This document shows positions 48,671-51,436 of a DNA stretch of 51,436 bases, in pieces. The notes under the pieces were generated by a model. The model did not search any database and was not told the origin of the DNA. It saw only the letters and a program-made list of their open reading frames with translations. How positions within the stretch are numbered: the first letter of the stretch is position 1; the number at the start of each line of letters is the position of its first letter. Both the position numbers and the translations under genes were made by a program. The DNA is from Octopus bimaculoides (Eukaryota), in assembly GCF_001194135.2 (NCBI RefSeq), contig NC_068990.1, positions 48,685,262 to 48,736,697 on the forward strand, written 5' to 3'.

Positions 48671-49817
48671 GCAGCTGTTGTAGATTGGACAAAAACTGAA
48701 TTAGCAAACTAGACAGAAGAAGTAGGAAGGAATTCAATACGAATGGAGGACTCCACCCAAGGGCAGGAGTAGCAAGATTATACCTACTTAGGACGGCAGA
48801 AGAGGATTAATATCAGTAGAAGACTGCGTTGAGTTAGCAAAAGTAGATATAGACTCCTATGGAGGTAATAGTGAAGAAAGTTTATTAAAAGCTGCTAGAG
48901 TCACAGCAAGACATAAGGAAACCAAAAACCCAAACGAAGTTAAAAACCAGAAAAAAGTACAGAAATTATCTGACTGGCAGGAGAAGGCGTTGGGTAGATT
49001 TCCAAAGATACTTGCAACAAATAATAGTAGTTATACATGGTTATGGTTGCAGAAAGGAAAGCTGAAGAGGGAGACAGAAAGCTTGTTAGTAGCTGCACAA
49101 GATCAAGCATTAAGCGCTAATTGGATAAAAGCCAAGGTAGACAAAAAAAAAAGGAGGTTCCCAATGTAGGTTTTGAAAATCAAAAGAGGAAAGCGTTATT
49201 CATATAGTAAGTGAATGTAGCATGCTGGCACAGAAAGAATACAGGAAAAGACATGACAATCTAGGGAGAGCAATCCACTGGGAGCTATGTAGAAAGCTAG
49301 GATTTGAACATACTGATAAATGGTATGAACATGAACCTAGTAAAGTACTAGAAAGTAAGAAATACAAGATGTTGTGGGACTTTAACATTCAGACTGACAG
49401 TATAATAGAAGCTAGAAGGCCTGATTTGGTAGTAGTGGGTAAAGAGAATAAAAAGTGCTAGATAATTGTCTTTACAGTCCCAAATGATGAAAAAATTAAC
49501 ATGAGAGGTATAGAAAAAATAGAGACTATGAAAAGTGCGGGTAAAATATATCCCAGTAGTTATAGGTGCATTAGGAACTATCCCTAAAGATCTGAACAGA
49601 TGGATAGAAGAAATAGGCATAAAACCCAGTTTAGTACAGTTCCAGAAAACAATGTTATTAGGGACAGCTAGGATACTTAGGAGGGTTCTTGGCATCTAAG
49701 GTTACTTGCAGTAACCCAATAGAGGGGGCGGGGGCTTGCCATCTAAGGTTACTTGTTGTAACTCAATGTTAGGATTCTTTTCTATTCCAACAGTCTAATC
49801 TGTTGAGCGTATATGAA
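48671..49817 (+). mobile_element. 5'-truncated R4/Dong-type (RLE) non-LTR retrotransposon
   Basis: KRETESLLVAAQDQAL, zinc-finger remnant (QCRF..H..SEC), KRHD..IHWELC, LWDFNIQTD..IEARRPDLVVV and VIGALGTIPK..LLGTARILRRVLGI* (stop 49697-49699). Flanked by (AAT)n on both sides. Confidence 0.85.
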
Positions 49818-51380
49818 AATAATAATAATAATAAATTAAGAAGATCAAATCTAGAGAGAAATAAATTTGAACACGAAATCTAATCTTCGTCTAAGAACCC
49901 AGACGAGTTCAGATCTAATTATAAGACGTTTTCATTCAAAATAATGATTTGTGTATTCAATTAACAAACTAACCATATATTGAATCAATATAAGTATGGA
50001 GACTGATATTGGCTTATAGACTCCGTAGTGATTGAAAGGTAAAGACGACGATCGTAGGGTTTGAACTAATTGTCAAGATAAAATCACGTGTGATTAGAAT
50101 GTGAGAGGAAAAAACTACAAGACGGATTCTTCAAGTCAAGCCAACTAGTAAGAGACCTAGGAGTAGACCAAGAACGAGATGGTTGGATAATATCCTTAAT
50201 CTCAATTGGTCACGCTTGGGATAGGACTCTATGGAGGATGTACCTAAGGACTTTACCCAATGACACGGTTGGATAGGTGGGTGGATGGAAAATCTCTAGA
50301 CAAGTATTTCTAAAATTGTGCTCCGTGAAAATTTCTAGAAATCTCTAAAAGGTACCTGTGAATGAAATTTTTTTAATGAGTGTGGTGGAGGCTGTTCGTA
50401 AAATATAAATTTGGAAGGTCTTTAATTTTTAGTAAATTGTCTTACGGCTCAAAATAAGTTTTTGAAACCATTGTTCTTCGTAGAAATTACAGCGTCTCTA
50501 ACGTACCAATTTTCTCACAAAAACTAATAATTTCTTTGGATAAAGGCACCAGATCAAACTCCAGTGGGGAGTATTTTATTAATACAGTATAACCCCTTTG
50601 AGACGAAGCCTTTTCGATAACAATAACTTGATGATAACATTGGGCAATCAAAGAATTTAGGACCCGTTATTTGGGACCAATAATCGTTGATTAAAAAATC
50701 CGTAGCGGTAATAAGCGACTCCTTCTGTATTTATTTTATTGATCCGTGTTCTGCGTGGATGGAAGTCAAAGTTGACTGTCTTGTCTAGTGCCTTTTCAAT
50801 CAAAACAATAACATGAAAGAGTGAATAACCTGTTTTCCCACGACAAGGCAAACATAGTTCAGGAAAGCTTTCATTTTGTCACGAAAAACAAGAAAAGAAA
50901 TATAACAATCAACAACATTCCAGCGAATACTCCCCACCCCCCAACAGTTTTTGTTTGCAATAGCGAAACAGAAATAAAAATTTGGTAATCTGTCAGTCCA
51001 TGCCTGTAGCAGGGACTGAAAAATATCAAAGTATCGTTGAAATGATAAAACTTAGCCGGAGACGAAAGTCTTTAGTTTTAACATGAAAATATATTTCTCC
51101 CCTTTTGATCAAGTTTTATGTTTCTGTAACTGAATCTAAGTAAAAGAAATTCGTTTTCTTTCTAACAGTAGTAAAACAATGTCAACGTAAACATTAGTGA
51201 CACACGCACGAAAAAACACCATTTATGAGGTGGCGGGGGATTCTAGGCTCAGTGACCAACATCTTACGTGTTGAATGAGTGAGAGAGAGAAATTAGATAT
51301 GAGAGTGAGTAATTAAATAAGTCGCTTATTTTACAAGTACAAGACAGTACGCGTGTTTGCGTGTGCGTATGTATATATGG

Positions 51381-51385
<5 letters not shown>

Positions 51386-51436
<51 letters not shown>
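51386..51436. repeat. (TA)n microsatellite
   Basis: Direct reading. Confidence 0.95.

Noticed and set aside
50584-50900. TA-cagtataacccc as a pogo/Tigger left end
   Set aside because: No matching right TIR or transposase motif was found in the window.

Overview
This is AT-rich, repeat-dense eukaryotic DNA with ten N-gaps (3236-3436, 21123-21222, 22926-23701, 28972-29643, 34397-34704, 39647-40216, 42028-42545, 44595-44662, 46298-46398, 47829-48447). The SINE and LINE-tail families look like those I recall from octopus (coleoid cephalopod) genomes; this is recognition, not a database result. No intact host protein-coding gene is recognisable, and most ORFs in the track are microsatellite or gap artefacts. 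The window is a mosaic of decayed mobile elements: two Penelope-like (GIY-YIG) fragments, CR1/L2-type, RTE and R4/Dong-type LINE pieces, a gag/ORF1-only element, three hAT MITEs with 8-bp TSDs, a Tc1/mariner MITE, a piggyBac-like element carrying a 35-bp satellite, LTR remnants, a Helitron fragment, several fold-back elements and many tRNA-derived SINEs. The strongest signal is a set of minimal type-I hammerhead ribozyme motifs from four unrelated sequence families (331-368+, 1004-1057-, 2196-2241-/2489-2534+, 22214-22341+). Two sit at the 3' ends of the Penelope-like elements, and one is the tail of a tRNA-headed SINE-like unit. Also notable are an RTE insertion with a twin-priming inversion, a gag-only element bracketed by the same SINE head, and a CpG-poor to CpG-rich transition suggesting a methylated gene body over about 3.6-28 kb.
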